Positions 15,355 to 27,490 of a stretch of DNA of 64,000 nucleotides are shown one piece after another. Numbering within the stretch: the stretch's first letter is position 1; the number at the start of each line of letters is the position of its first letter. The DNA is taken from NCBI GenBank assembly GCA_951406725.2, contig CATOCA020000001.1, positions 3,286,001 to 3,350,000 on the forward strand. Reading direction: 5' to 3'. This DNA is from Octopus vulgaris (Eukaryota). Made by a program: the position numbers and the translations under genes. The notes under the pieces are model-generated. The model had not been told where the DNA came from. It worked only from the letters and a program-made list of their open reading frames with translations, and made no database searches.

Positions 15355-16153
15355 CTAGCAGCATAGCCCGGCGTTGCCCGGGTATGTAAGAGCCCCTAGT
15401 AGGCAACGACTAATCCCAATCTAGTCCTTTCCCTCTAGGGAACGAAGGCGCATGTGTAGGTTGCAATGTCTTCTCTTCACTCCCAAATAACTATCAAACA
15501 GCTATCGATAATTCAACCCAACCAATTCCTACCAGGAAGAAATTACATTCGAGACTTTACCCCCAACACCGCCACTTCTGCTAATAGCTGCTGCAGCCGC
15601 AAGTTATTCGAATACTTTTTTGTTTACACTTTCTTTATAACTACCACCCCAAACGTTTTTCCTTAAATTTTTGACGTACCCTAAGGGTCCTCGGACGCTA
15701 CTTGCAAACTCGTGGTTTATTATAAACCGCTTTTGTCGTGTGCACCAAACAAACCTTTTCCATTCGCTTGTTCAGTTTGGTCACTTTTGACTTTTTCGTT
15801 GTTGTCACTCACATTGCTGCCCGCTTTTTTGCCGTTTTTGTACATCTTTATACATTTTGGGATACTTACCCCACGTGTTCCGAGAGTTAAAAAGGTCGAG
15901 TTGCGTCCCCTAGACAGTCTGTAGAAAATGTGTTGCATATAAAAAGCTTAGATTCTCGACCCTTGTCGAATTTATCGATTATTTTTCAGGACTGGAGGAA
16001 CTTTTCAAAATTTTCGCTGCGTTAGTTTTGAATTATGACATTGGGCTATGTGTGTGTCAAGTTTCATCAGAATCGGTTGAAAACCGTGGTCAGGGTGAGG
16101 GTACAACCTGACAGACACACAGACAGACAAACTGCCGTTTATATATAGAGAGA
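15355..16153 (-). mobile_element. Non-autonomous Helitron, apparently complete (~800 bp)
   Basis: The minus strand starts A|TCTCTCTATATATAAACGGCAG, has a (TGTC)n tract, and ends with hairpin cccgggcaacgccggg plus CTAG|T; no TSD. Confidence 0.8.
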
Positions 16154-16163
16154 TTCACCCTGA

Positions 16164-16212
<49 letters not shown>

Positions 16213-17985
16213 GTAAAGAAATCATTCGGTTATGAATGATCATCGGATAGCACCCAGGATGTTAGATGTTACTCTCCGGGGCACGAGCCCGGGTAATGTT
16301 TTTATGGAAGACAAACAGTGGCCTATGTATGCCACACTCCATTCTCCACGCCACCAATGTCATCTAAGAGAAAGGGCCGATACAGCTTGACACCAGTGGC
16401 ATCAGAACTCACTTCTAAAGCCTATTGAACTGGAAAAACATGGAAATATTGTGTCTTGCTCAAGCACAAAATCGAACTCCCTACCTCATGAGTGTGAGCC
16501 TGAGGTTCTAACCACTGAGCCTTGCATCTTCATATATATATAATCAAATTAAGCAACAGGATATCAAGTCGTGATACAATACGACCGTTTCAAGCGCCTC
16601 CATTCAATTGAACAATGCAATCAATACATCAATTTAAATGCAGTGCCATCTTTAGCTGTAGAAATAAATGAATAGAATTTTAACCATTCGGATACATTAC
16701 TGTAATGTTTCTAAACTATTTTAACAGAGTAAGAAGATGGAAGAAATTAATGTTATCGATATTGTAGCTAAAAAAAAAACTACACTTCCAAGAATCGCAT
16801 GGAGGCTATTGGAGTCATAGTGTTGTAAAGGATTGTAATTCATTTCTAATTTCATTTATCTCTTTATCAACTACTAAATCTAAGACCAGAAGACAGTGTC
16901 CTGTTTTGAATAAAGACAAGAATAAGTTGACAGCTCATGGCTAGGTATGGTCATAAATGTTGTCGTATGTATTCCCTTTCCTCTAGGCAGAAAGAAGACA
17001 TTAGGGGTAGTCAATCGGATATAAAGTAAGTGTCCATAAAAAGAGGCTTAGATAGTGTAAGACTTTAAATCATGATGTTGATTACCAGTTAAAGGGGCAA
17101 GGCGCAAAGAAACCAAGGATGTTAATGCAGACGAAATTTTATTATGTGTGATTGCTTATAAACAATATTGCTATGTTGTATGAAAAATATAATTAAGATT
17201 GTCAAAAATGGTATCAATACCGAAATAGGTAAAATGTGTGTCTTTATTTATTATAAACATTAAAAAGGAAAGATTACCGGAGACTAAACAGTATGCCTGT
17301 GCCTCAGTAGAAGGTAAATCTGCAAAATCTAGGTTTTGGTACAATCGATTTAGGCAGATAAAATTTTGGGTAGAAATACATTTGAAGTGGACAAGTTGTC
17401 AAAACATGTTTGTAGATCAATGATTTCTTTAGATACACCAATAACAATTACATCATGTGTGGCAGAATCAGTGGTTTATTTCTCAATGTCCCTGGATTTA
17501 GCTATAACTAGGGGTAGATTTTTACCTGATGTTTTCTTATATGGACCTTTAATGTCGGATTACGTAAGGAACTTTTCTTTTAATATCCGTCACAACAAAT
17601 GTCCAGAATTTTCCTGTGGATGGTAAGATTTTGTTCGACTGCAAAGATGGGGAAAGACACACGGGCCAGCCACCGTGGGGATCATACAACCATAATGCAT
17701 CTTTGATTGGCCTGAAGTTAATGGTGCATAGAAACTCAGTACAACTCATCTGTTTTTAAAATATTCTCCAGTTTTGTACATATACATTGTATTGTATTCT
17801 CAAAGCATTCTTCTATTTTAGAACAGTGACTTGTTTAGTTATACGGATCTCGTATATATGAAGCTATAGCAAATGTGTCCCGTCTCTCCAGCCATAAAAT
17901 TCAAAACCAGATGTCTAAATATAGAGGACTTGCGAAACAGATTAGATACAATGAAGAGTTTTATATATACATATATTAATGGTTG

Positions 17986-18807
17986 TACATGATCTTATCA
18001 ATAAGTATCCAGACTGTTGCCATAGTAACAAAGCTAAAGCACACAGAGTAAAGTTGCTTGGCACAGATTGACCTTTATCTCTGTTGTGCATGCACGCTAA
18101 GTTTTGACTTTCTAGAGCAATTCCACTGTTTACAGCAGTGCTTGGACGGAAGGTGTGTAGTGTGTGATCGTCACATTGACAATGATATAGAAAGCTGAGC
18201 AGAGAATCTGCATCAAATTTTGTCAAAAGTTAGACGATTCCTGCTCAGAGGCCCCTAGAAATTTTTCAATGAGTTTTTATCATCCCTGACACAATCAAGG
18301 ACATCTTGTGCATCTGAAACCCGTGTGTCCTTTTGGTCATCTGAAAGCAGTTTTTGCACAAATTTGGTAGACACGCGTCTCAAACCCAAATCTTCAGTGG
18401 CAATGGCCCGAACCGTAACAAACCTGCACATCCTCTGATAATTCAAGGATGGTAATTCGACGGTTTACCCACACAACTGTACGCACATCAGCAATGTTTT
18501 TTTCTCAGTTCTGCTCGTTGCAGATCTTCCAGAATGTTCGTCAATATCGACATTTTCGGCCATACTTAAAATGTCTGAACCACTCTTACATGTGTGTGTG
18601 GCTCATACACTCCTCTCCATACACTTTCTGCAACTTTACGTAGGCTTCCAAGCACTGCTGTAAACAGCGGATATGAGCTAGAACATAAAATATTAGTGCG
18701 CATGTACAGCACAGGTTGAGATCAATCTTTGCCAAGCGGCTTTTCTCTGCGTGTTTTTGCTTCGTTACTATAGCAACAGTCCGGATACTTATTGATCAGA
18801 CCTCGTA
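17986..18807. mobile_element. Mariner derivative built from two head-to-head 5' ends
   Basis: TIRs tcaataagtatccagactgttgccatagtaac / gttactatagcaacagtccggatacttattga. The + strand reads QRICIKFCQKL and the minus strand EDLGLRRVSTKFVQKLLSDDQK. Confidence 0.8.
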
Positions 18808-19147
18808 TATAGACACAAAGTTGTGTACATATATAGTTTTGTTCAGCAGAAATGGAGTCTAGAAGTGAAGTATGGTTTTGGAATATATGTGGTGCACTGC
18901 TTTTGTAATATATCAGTCAAGACGTATATTTAACAATCTCTGTATAAATATACACGTGTGTGTGTCTGCGTAGCACTTATACACACATAAATCTGTCCGA
19001 ACGTGGTTCTTTAAAATAGAAATTGTGAAACACTCATGGAGGTCACTGCAGAGATTCATAATATTTTGCGCTGTAAACATGTATACCATGTAAAATTTTA
19101 TATACATGAATGATATTGATGAAATCTGTTTATATTTTGTTCCATAG

Positions 19148-19290
19148 ATGTCGCTGGTGTCAAGAGAACATGGCCACTGTGAGACTGCAACCATGTGGAG
19201 ATATTGTTTTCTGCGAGAATTGTTTTTCTGAAATTACATTTAAGAGATGCCCCGTGTGTCGAGAATACACCCTCAGCAAAAGTGAATTTG
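19148..19290 (+). CDS. RING finger exon (C3HC4/IAP-MIB type, His ligand replaced by Asp)
   Basis: Acceptor ttccatAG, donor GTAAGA. Reads CRWCQENMATVRLQPCGDIVFCENCFSEITFKRCPVCREYTLSKSEF, phase 2 to 1, matching both neighbouring exons. Confidence 0.92.
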
Positions 19291-20820
19291 GTAAGATAAT
19301 CTTTGGGGCTCTGTTTGTTGTCTTGTTGACCTTATTGTGTGGAATAATGTGCTTCAAGCTTTCGTGTAGACCCAGGTATGTCATAATGGGACAGATTTAT
19401 GATAGGTGTCCCTGAGGTCTTTACTTTGTGACAGTATATCTATCACTACATCCACTAAATATTGCCTTTACCTAATTTTAAGATGTCACACTTCAAGATG
19501 TCTGTCAGGATATGTTGTTTAGGTACGTACCCTGAATGTCTCTTTAGGTACGTACCCTGAATTATAAGAAATGAACAAGATTAAAAATCAAATCTCTAAG
19601 ATTATAAGTATAATGATCATTAACGTTGATTAAATATTAAATTTAGTATTGGACGGTGAACATATGTTTGCATTTAAACAAAACATTGGTGTTGACATAA
19701 AAAATAAAGATAGGAATTAAATATGAGTTCCCTGTGTGACTTGAACTCACAAATCCTTGTTTGTAACTATATATAATATACACTTATTACATTGTTTGAA
19801 CAACATTTACCATCCATATAGTCATTCTTTTTCTCACTCTTGTTAGATTTTAAATAATATTAATGCTAAAAGAGGCACAGTTTTCTGAGTGTTTCACCCT
19901 TTGGTCTTGATTGTTGCGTTCAAATTATTTAATGAAAGATAGTCATTGTTATTTGACCAGGAAATGAATTAATCATTAGTATTTGGCAGTGGACTTGGTT
20001 ATATCTTTCTTCGTTTGCTCATGGAACTACCATAATATTAGCTGTGCTGAGACACAATCATATTCATTGTAATGAAGGTTATATGTTCTTTACTCAGATT
20101 ATATACAATCTATATTGATATCTAATATTGCACCGTCAAGCACAGTGTCATTGTATCACATATATACCCAATTATCATGATAATTAATAAGCTATAATTC
20201 ATTAACTCTCTTACATTTGTATGTCTGAAATGTAAACATATTTTGTCATAGGAACATCGTGTACCCTCACCTAACATTTTATATCTTGTTAGGGATCATG
20301 TTGGGGAAGGGTGTATGGAATTTGGCTTGTGCAGATGTTTATTAGGGGACAGATTGTGTGCGGGGTGGAGGGGATACACATAAAGGACATCTTTATGGCC
20401 TCAGTTTTACTTAATTAGAGAGGAATGTTGATTAGTGAATTCTAAAGATAAGAAGACAGTGCCATGCCATAAATTTGGCATAGTTATAAGAGAAGAAAAA
20501 CAAAGCTAAGAGAAAACTGTTATCAAGTTTTAATTAAATGAGATAATTGCAACATTGTTAGAATATTTAATGTGTTTTTAGAGAGAGAGAGAGAGAGAGA
20601 GGGTGGATTTAGGAATGTTAGCCTGTTTTATTGTGGACATATTGGGCTATTACATGGGACCACTGTAGAAAGTACAGAAATATTGACCAAAACCATAATG
20701 GTCAACAGTTGACCAGTAACAACAGGAATTGAATGTCTCACAATAACAAAATAGAGTTTAAAAAAATAAAGATACAGACATTTTATTTTTAAATGTAAAA
20801 CTTGGAAATATTTATTTCAG

Positions 20821-20898
20821 AGGCTCCAAAGTTTGAAGACAGGTGTGTACAAAGAGAGGCTACATGTCAGGAATTAGGGGCTGCATCTCAGGCAATTG
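20821..20898 (+). CDS. Linker micro-exon 1 (78 nt, phase 1-1)
   Basis: Acceptor acttggaaatatttatttcAG, donor GTGAGT. Reads EAPKFEDRCVQREATCQELGAASQAI, open in frame. Confidence 0.8.
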
Positions 20899-21149
20899 GT
20901 GAGTATAAAATAATAGTTCCCAATTGATTTCTGTAAGGTTTACTTCCCCCGAGTATATTGTGCTTGAAAGAATAACTGAAAACAGCTTCCATTCCTATTT
21001 TCCAATTGAACGATTATCTGTATAATAATTGAATTAAAGATATCGATTTACTGTGAGTTTATGAAATACCCATTGAGGTTAATGCTGTTGGTAATAATGT
21101 TCAAATTAGAAGACACAATAGAGTTAATTTTGTCATTTGGTCACGGAAC

Positions 21150-21181
<32 letters not shown>

Positions 21182-21440
21182 GTTTAACGTCCGTTTTTAT
21201 AGTAGCATGGGTCGGACGATTTCACTGGCAAGGCAGTAGGTTGCGCCAGGCTCCACTGTGATCTGGCAAAGTTTCCACATATGTATGCCATTCCTAATGC
21301 CAACCACTCCGAGAGTGTGGTGGGTGCTTTTTACGTGCCACCGACACAGGAGCCATTTGAGGGGGGCTGGCATCGACCACGTTCGGATGGTGCTTTTTAT
21401 TTTCCCCCGGCACAGGGAACCAGTCAGGCGGAACTTGCAA
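21150..21440 (-). mobile_element. RTE 3'-UTR fragment or RTE-tailed SINE with (ATG)n tail
   Basis: tttaacgtccg...ttcctaatgccaaccactccgagagtgt, shared with the other RTE ends in the window. Confidence 0.75.
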
Positions 21441-22099
21441 CAAACCACTGAATAACATTGTTACAAATTAAAAGAATTAAAAATCAAATCTCTAAGATTA
21501 TAAGTATAATGATCATTAACGTTGATTAAATATTAAATTTAGCATTGAACGGTGAACATCTGTTTGCATTTAAACAAAACATTGGTGTTGACATAAAATA
21601 TAAAGATAGGAATTAAATATGAGTTCCCTATGTGACTTGATCTCTCAAATCCTTCTTTGTAACCATATATAATATACACTTATTATATTGTTTGAACATT
21701 TACCATTCATATGGTCATTCTTTTTCTCACTCTTGTTAGATTTTAGATGATATTAATGCTAAAAGAGGCACAGTTTTCTGAGTGTTTCACCTCTGGTTTT
21801 AGTTCTGACTTGATTGTTGCATTCAAATTTGACTACTCCCACAGGTTTAACGTCTTGTTCCCTTCTACTTGGATCTCCTGACACTTCTTTATCTAACTTT
21901 TATCTTCCATACTCCTCCCATATCTCTACATCTCCTCTCTTGTGCACTAAATCTTCTAAACTCTAGTTTTGCTTCCAGCTCATCTCTGCTCCGGGACTTC
22001 AGCACATTAATATTACACTTCTTCTGAAGTATGCTCACTTCATTTCTTAACAGTTTTCATACATCCTCTATACATCCTCTATACTCTGTATTTACAAAT

Positions 22100-23495
22100 A
22101 CACATCAAGGTTCACCAAGGATCAGTCCTCAGCCCCCTCCTATTGATTATAGTCCTCCAGACAATAAAAGAGGAATTCAAGACACTCTGCCCCTGGGAGC
22201 CTCTTTATGGTGATGATCTTGCTCTTATAGACAAGTCACTGCCAGAATTGGAAACTAAGTTTAGCATCTGAAAGCAAGGTCTAGAATCGAAGGGCCTTAG
22301 GGTTAACCTAGTCAAAACCAAAGTCCTAGTTAGTAGGAAGGCTGTCAAATCACAACCCCTTTCAGGTAGATGGCCCTGCTCTATCTGTAGAAATGGAGAG
22401 GGTAGAAACTCCACACGATGTAACCGGAGGAAGCTATGGACACATAAAAGGTGCAGCAATATCAAAGAAAGTTAACCGGGAAAATAGTTTTTGTGTGTGG
22501 CAGCTACTCTGGGGCAATAAACACTGAAAGTGTACAGAAAACAGATTCCATCACATGCCAGGGGAAGAAACTAGAAGTAGTTAATAGCTTCTGTTACCTA
22601 GGGGTTCAAGTCTGTAGTGAGTGTGATTGCTCTGCGTGTGTAGAGACTAGAGTATGAATAGCCTGGGCAAAGTTCAGGGAGCTCCTACCTCTGCTGGCAA
22701 CTAAAGGTATATCGCTCAGGGTGAAAGGTAGACTGCATGATGCATGTGTGCGAACAGCCATGTTACAGGGCAGGGAAACATGGGCCATGGATGCTGAGAA
22801 CATGCGTAGGCTTGAAAGAGATGAAGTTAGTATGATTCGCTGGATGTGTAACGTCAGTATGCAATCACGACAAAGTTGGGCATAAGAAGCATCAAATGTG
22901 GTGTGCAAGAGAGGCTACTGTGCTGGTATGGTCATGTGTTACGTATGAATGAAGACAGCTGTGTGATGAAGTGCCACTCCCTCACTGTAGAAGGAACCTG
23001 TAGAAGAGGTAGACCCAGGAAGACATGGGATGAGGTGATGAAGTATGACCTTCAAACATTGGCCTCACAATGGCAATAACAGGACACCGGGATCTTGGGA
23101 GGTACGCTGTGATTAAGAAAACCCAGCAACTAAGGTGAGATTTCAGCCACGCATACCCAGCCCTTTTAAGAATACTCCTTATGTGTCGTTCGATATGATA
23201 TGCTTGAGAAGACCTGTTGAGTCAAAACCAATATCGTAGCTGTAGCCGGTGCCCCCTGATTGGCTCCCGTGCCGATGGCACGTAAAAAGCACCATCCAAA
23301 CCTGACTGAAGACAGTAGCCCTTGATTGGCTCCTATGCTGTTGACACGCAAAAGGCACCCACCACACTCTCAGAGTGGTTGCTGTTAGGAAGGGCATCCA
23401 GCTGTACAAATTCTGCCAGACCAGACTGGAGCCTGGCGTAGCCTTTTGGCTTCCCAGATCCCAGTCGAACCGTCCCACCCATGCCAGCATGGAAA
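22100..23495 (+). mobile_element. Decayed RTE-clade LINE (RT domains 4-7, C-terminus, 3' UTR)
   Basis: Reads HQGS, ELLYGDDL, VNLVKTKVLV, LEVVNSFCYLG, WYGHVLRM and RGRPRKTW. Confidence 0.9.
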
Positions 23496-24491
23496 ATCCA
23501 TACTTTCAATTTGTGATGTTTGAGAGTCCTTTCAGAAATTCGAAAAAAGGTTGCTCTGACAGGATCGTATGAAGGAGATGCCTGAGGACATTACCCCTAC
23601 AACGCTCCTATGAATAGAGGGCAGAGGAAATGGATGGATGGATGGATGAAATTGTTTAACTGTTGGTGGTCTTTGTTCATTCTTTATTGACACATTCTTC
23701 TCTATCTTCAGCCTTTACTTCAAAGTGTTTGTTATTTCTGTCAGCATCTTTAGAAATAGAAAAATAGTGTTTTGTAGTTTCCTTGTTTCTTAAGTATTTC
23801 TCATTCGTCTATTCACATAATTTCTTTGTTATACAAATATAACCATCCTACCGAAGCTGTAGACCAGAGTTTCCAGATTCTGTACAAAGGCTTTACAAGT
23901 TGTGATGCAGCGAAACATACACTTGGAACGTCCAGGGAAGCTCTTGATGAAACTGAATGAAACTTGAATGTCTGATCATGTGACGTAAAGTAAATTTCTT
24001 GTAAATGTTGCAGTTCTTTAGCCCCCGAGTCTACATTCAATAAACAGAAACCTTTGATCAAATGCCTTCCATCCAGGACCATCCAGTCTTTTCTCTAGGT
24101 ATAGTCAATCCAGAACCACATTGACTAATGCGTACTTCAATAATATGATAAGTTGTGAACTGAGTAGGTTTTGGCTACTAATTCTAGCAGATCTCCCTCC
24201 TAGATGGAAATCCCTTTCTTAGTTTGTCTCCCTTGTTAGAGATTAACTGCGAAAATAACGATACACTTTGAAATTTCATTTGTTGATGTTGTTGTTGTTC
24301 TCGCTAAACACTTCCTCTGCTGTATAGACAAAATCAAAACCATGTGAAATTCTTCCAAAAATGAAATGTGTAATTCCATTGTGTAAAGCTTGCTTAAAAA
24401 CATATTTTGCTTTCAAGTAGAACCATCTTGTAGACACAATTGTCAATAAATATATGGTTTCTATTTCTCGCAGCCAATTTTTTTACATTAG

Positions 24492-26970
24492 GAGTATTCC
24501 ATATGAATTCAAACAAAATTTAAAAGGAAGAAACTTTTCACTTGACCAACTCAGATTTGGCTCAGATGGTTTTTGGTAATGCATAAAGAATACATGTATA
24601 ATTAGTGTTCAACCACTAAGGGTTTCAATGACATGCCCTACAAAACATTGGGGGCCACACCCCTCGTGGAGCGCGAATGTCAATTTATACGATTTTGGTG
24701 CTGAACGCTTTTAAAACTATTCATATTTGTCTGAAATTGGCTACAGCGTGTAATCTGCAATCAGATCGGCCAGAATCTGCTATCAGAATTCCTCTATTAT
24801 CTTCCTCCATATTAACGGTATTGGCCTTTCAAATAAGAACATTTTCATGGGCAGAAAGTTTTTAAAATATCAATATTCAAGGGACCCCCATTGGGACATG
24901 ATGTAATACAAGAAAACATGTGCTGTGTTTTTTCGCTTTGAGGATTGATCTGTCCGTGGTAAGCATACTGATAATGCTCAAGGCATAATATAGCATTTAG
25001 AGGCTCCTGAAAATGGCTCAGGGTGAAAAAATAACATTGTTGACAATTTTCGATTCCTACACTTCACCATGTGAACAATTAAACAAGGAAATGTAACTTG
25101 GACTCCAGGAAAGCATTTATCCAAACTTTATTCGTTCAAACATTCAATTTATTTTCTCATCTCCTCCTCGGTAGTTCATTCACTTTCCAAATAATATGGA
25201 AAATAATTGGATCAAGTCCGATGGTGCGCATATGGTGCCCTCTAATAGATTCATGCACACACACACCTTCATTATTTGTAATGAATTTGTAATGAATTTC
25301 ATGCCCCCTAGTGACATTCACCCGCGCACTTTTGGTGTGTATGCGCAATAGTCCTCTAAATCCAAAATATTGACACCCATCAATACAGAAATGTATGGTA
25401 AGCATTTTGCATTCACTTTTACTCCGTATTTTGGCGACATTGAATATAAATTTCGAAGAGGCACCAATGCGCATTCGTTAACCTTTGTGCCAGTAATTTG
25501 GTCACGGAAATAATTTACTGGAACCTTTGATGTAAGTGATCATATGGTGCGGAAATCACAGCAACTGAGCAAAGAAGAGGCTATTTTGGCTCATCCTGAC
25601 CCAAGGAAAGGTACGTCCCGGGACGTCAGAATCGAAGGAATATTCACGTATTTGTCCAGCTAAAAAGGAAATTGTTACTGTAATTGAGAACGGATTAAAA
25701 GTCCACCGACTAAAATAGCCATTGCTTGTGAATCTTCAGAAGTTTTGTGTGGAATTCAAGGAAAACGCTGGATATAATAAGGTAGATTTTTGTAAGTTTT
25801 ATGAATTGCAACTGAAATGAACGGATAATACAATTGTATGAGTCGGAGGAATATTCGCTTCTTTGTGACTTGCAACCAAAATGCTGTGTTCAAGTTACTA
25901 CCTCAGGCACGCATTCAGTATGTGTCTGTGAGAATCACCAACATGCAAAACGTATCGCCGCTGCCATTCCTGGTAGTCACGACTACAGAGACTTGCTTGG
26001 CAAAATGGTCTCTTCCGTGAGCAATCGAGATTGTATGTTGCTCCTATGTGAGTCCTGTCCTTTTGAACAACGTTTATTAGACGTATTTTATTCACTTGGA
26101 GGTTTAGTAACGCACAAACAGTTGGCACATGTGGACTGGTCAGCTCCTTTATGACTCACTTCCCCATTGAATGCCTTCATTCAAACCGCTGAAAGTGTGT
26201 TTGAATCTCTACAACAACATCATTTCATAGCAGAGGCCTGATCTTATTTCCTTAATCATCAAAAAGATGACCTGACATCAAGTGAAGCAATAGTATTGTT
26301 GGACTTTACAGAAAATTATAGCTTTGTTGTACAGGACGCCCTGCAAGGGTTTCATCGGAACAAATCCGAGGCAAATATTAATCCATTCGCGATCTACTAT
26401 AAGACTGGTTCAAACCCACAATGCACTTCAATCTGTGTCATATCTGATTGTTTGAAACGTGACAACCACATTGTGCATGCTTTTATTACGAGGGTGATAT
26501 CGCATATAAAGACAGAACTTCCATTCATAAACCATCTCCTGTACTTCAGTGACGGTGCAGCCGACCAATACAAGAACTAGAGACACCAAACAAATCTCTG
26601 TCATCATCAGAATAATCAAGGACTTGCAGTAGAGTGGCATTTTTCTCCATGTCATGTGCAAAAAAGTCAGCAAGTAGCCACAGAAAGACATTTTCTCACG
26701 GATCCCAAGGTGTGTAGCTGAGTATGTGCAAGCATTCCAGGAATAATGTTCTTTTACGTCTGAAACGAAAACAGTAGAACAGTGAAATTAATTGGCACAC
26801 GATCCCATCACTGCTTCATTCTTTCTTCAAGATCTGACCTTCTAATGAAAAGAATATCAGCCGATGACAATTTCACTCTTTTAGGTGAGGAGCAGCCAGC
26901 ATCTGAGCTGCATATTTCAAAGTTACAACCCTGAAAATATGTTGGATACACGAATGAAAATGTTTAACAA
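24492..26970 (+). mobile_element. Decayed DDD transposon, Sola2-like
   Basis: Left end GAGTATTCCATATGAATTC. Transposase remnants CVCENHQH, LDFTENYSFVVQDALQGFH, SDCLKRD and YFSDGAADQYKN, with many stops and frameshifts. Superfamily assigned from remembered motifs; no right TIR seen. Confidence 0.65.
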
Positions 26971-27439
26971 GGAGATCAAGTGAGCAGGTTTATACTACGT
27001 GAAGTGTCTGTCATGTGTTTATGGTAAGATCATTGATGACCAAACTGGTTGCCATCGGAATTAAGCAAAGATGAGAATAATGTTGGTTAGAGAAGGGCAG
27101 AAGTGAGGGCACAATTTCACGTCATATGTTTAGTGCAGATATAAGAAAGGAAAGACAAACCTAATAAAAGATTGGTGTTATCAAGTGATAATTAAATGAA
27201 ATAATGACACAGTTGTTAGATTATGTCGAATGTCTCAAGAGATAAAAGACATTTTGGAAGACTGTAAATATTAAACTATTACATGGTAATCCTGTTGAAA
27301 CCCTAAGCATTCTAACCAAAATCTTTGTCTTCAACAGTTGATCATCGATCACAGGAATCCCTGTTAATAAAATACAGATTATTAATAAATATAAATAAAT
27401 TTTTCTATATCGTTTGAAACTTGGAAATATTTATTTCAG

Positions 27440-27490
27440 AGAATCGAACATTTGAAGTCAAGGAAACACAGACATTGGCTGAACCTGTTG
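27440..27490 (+). CDS. Linker micro-exon 2 (51 nt, phase 1-1)
   Basis: Same acceptor context (acttggaaatatttatttcAG) and donor (GTGAGTATAAAATAA). Reads ENRTFEVKETQTLAEPV. Confidence 0.78.
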
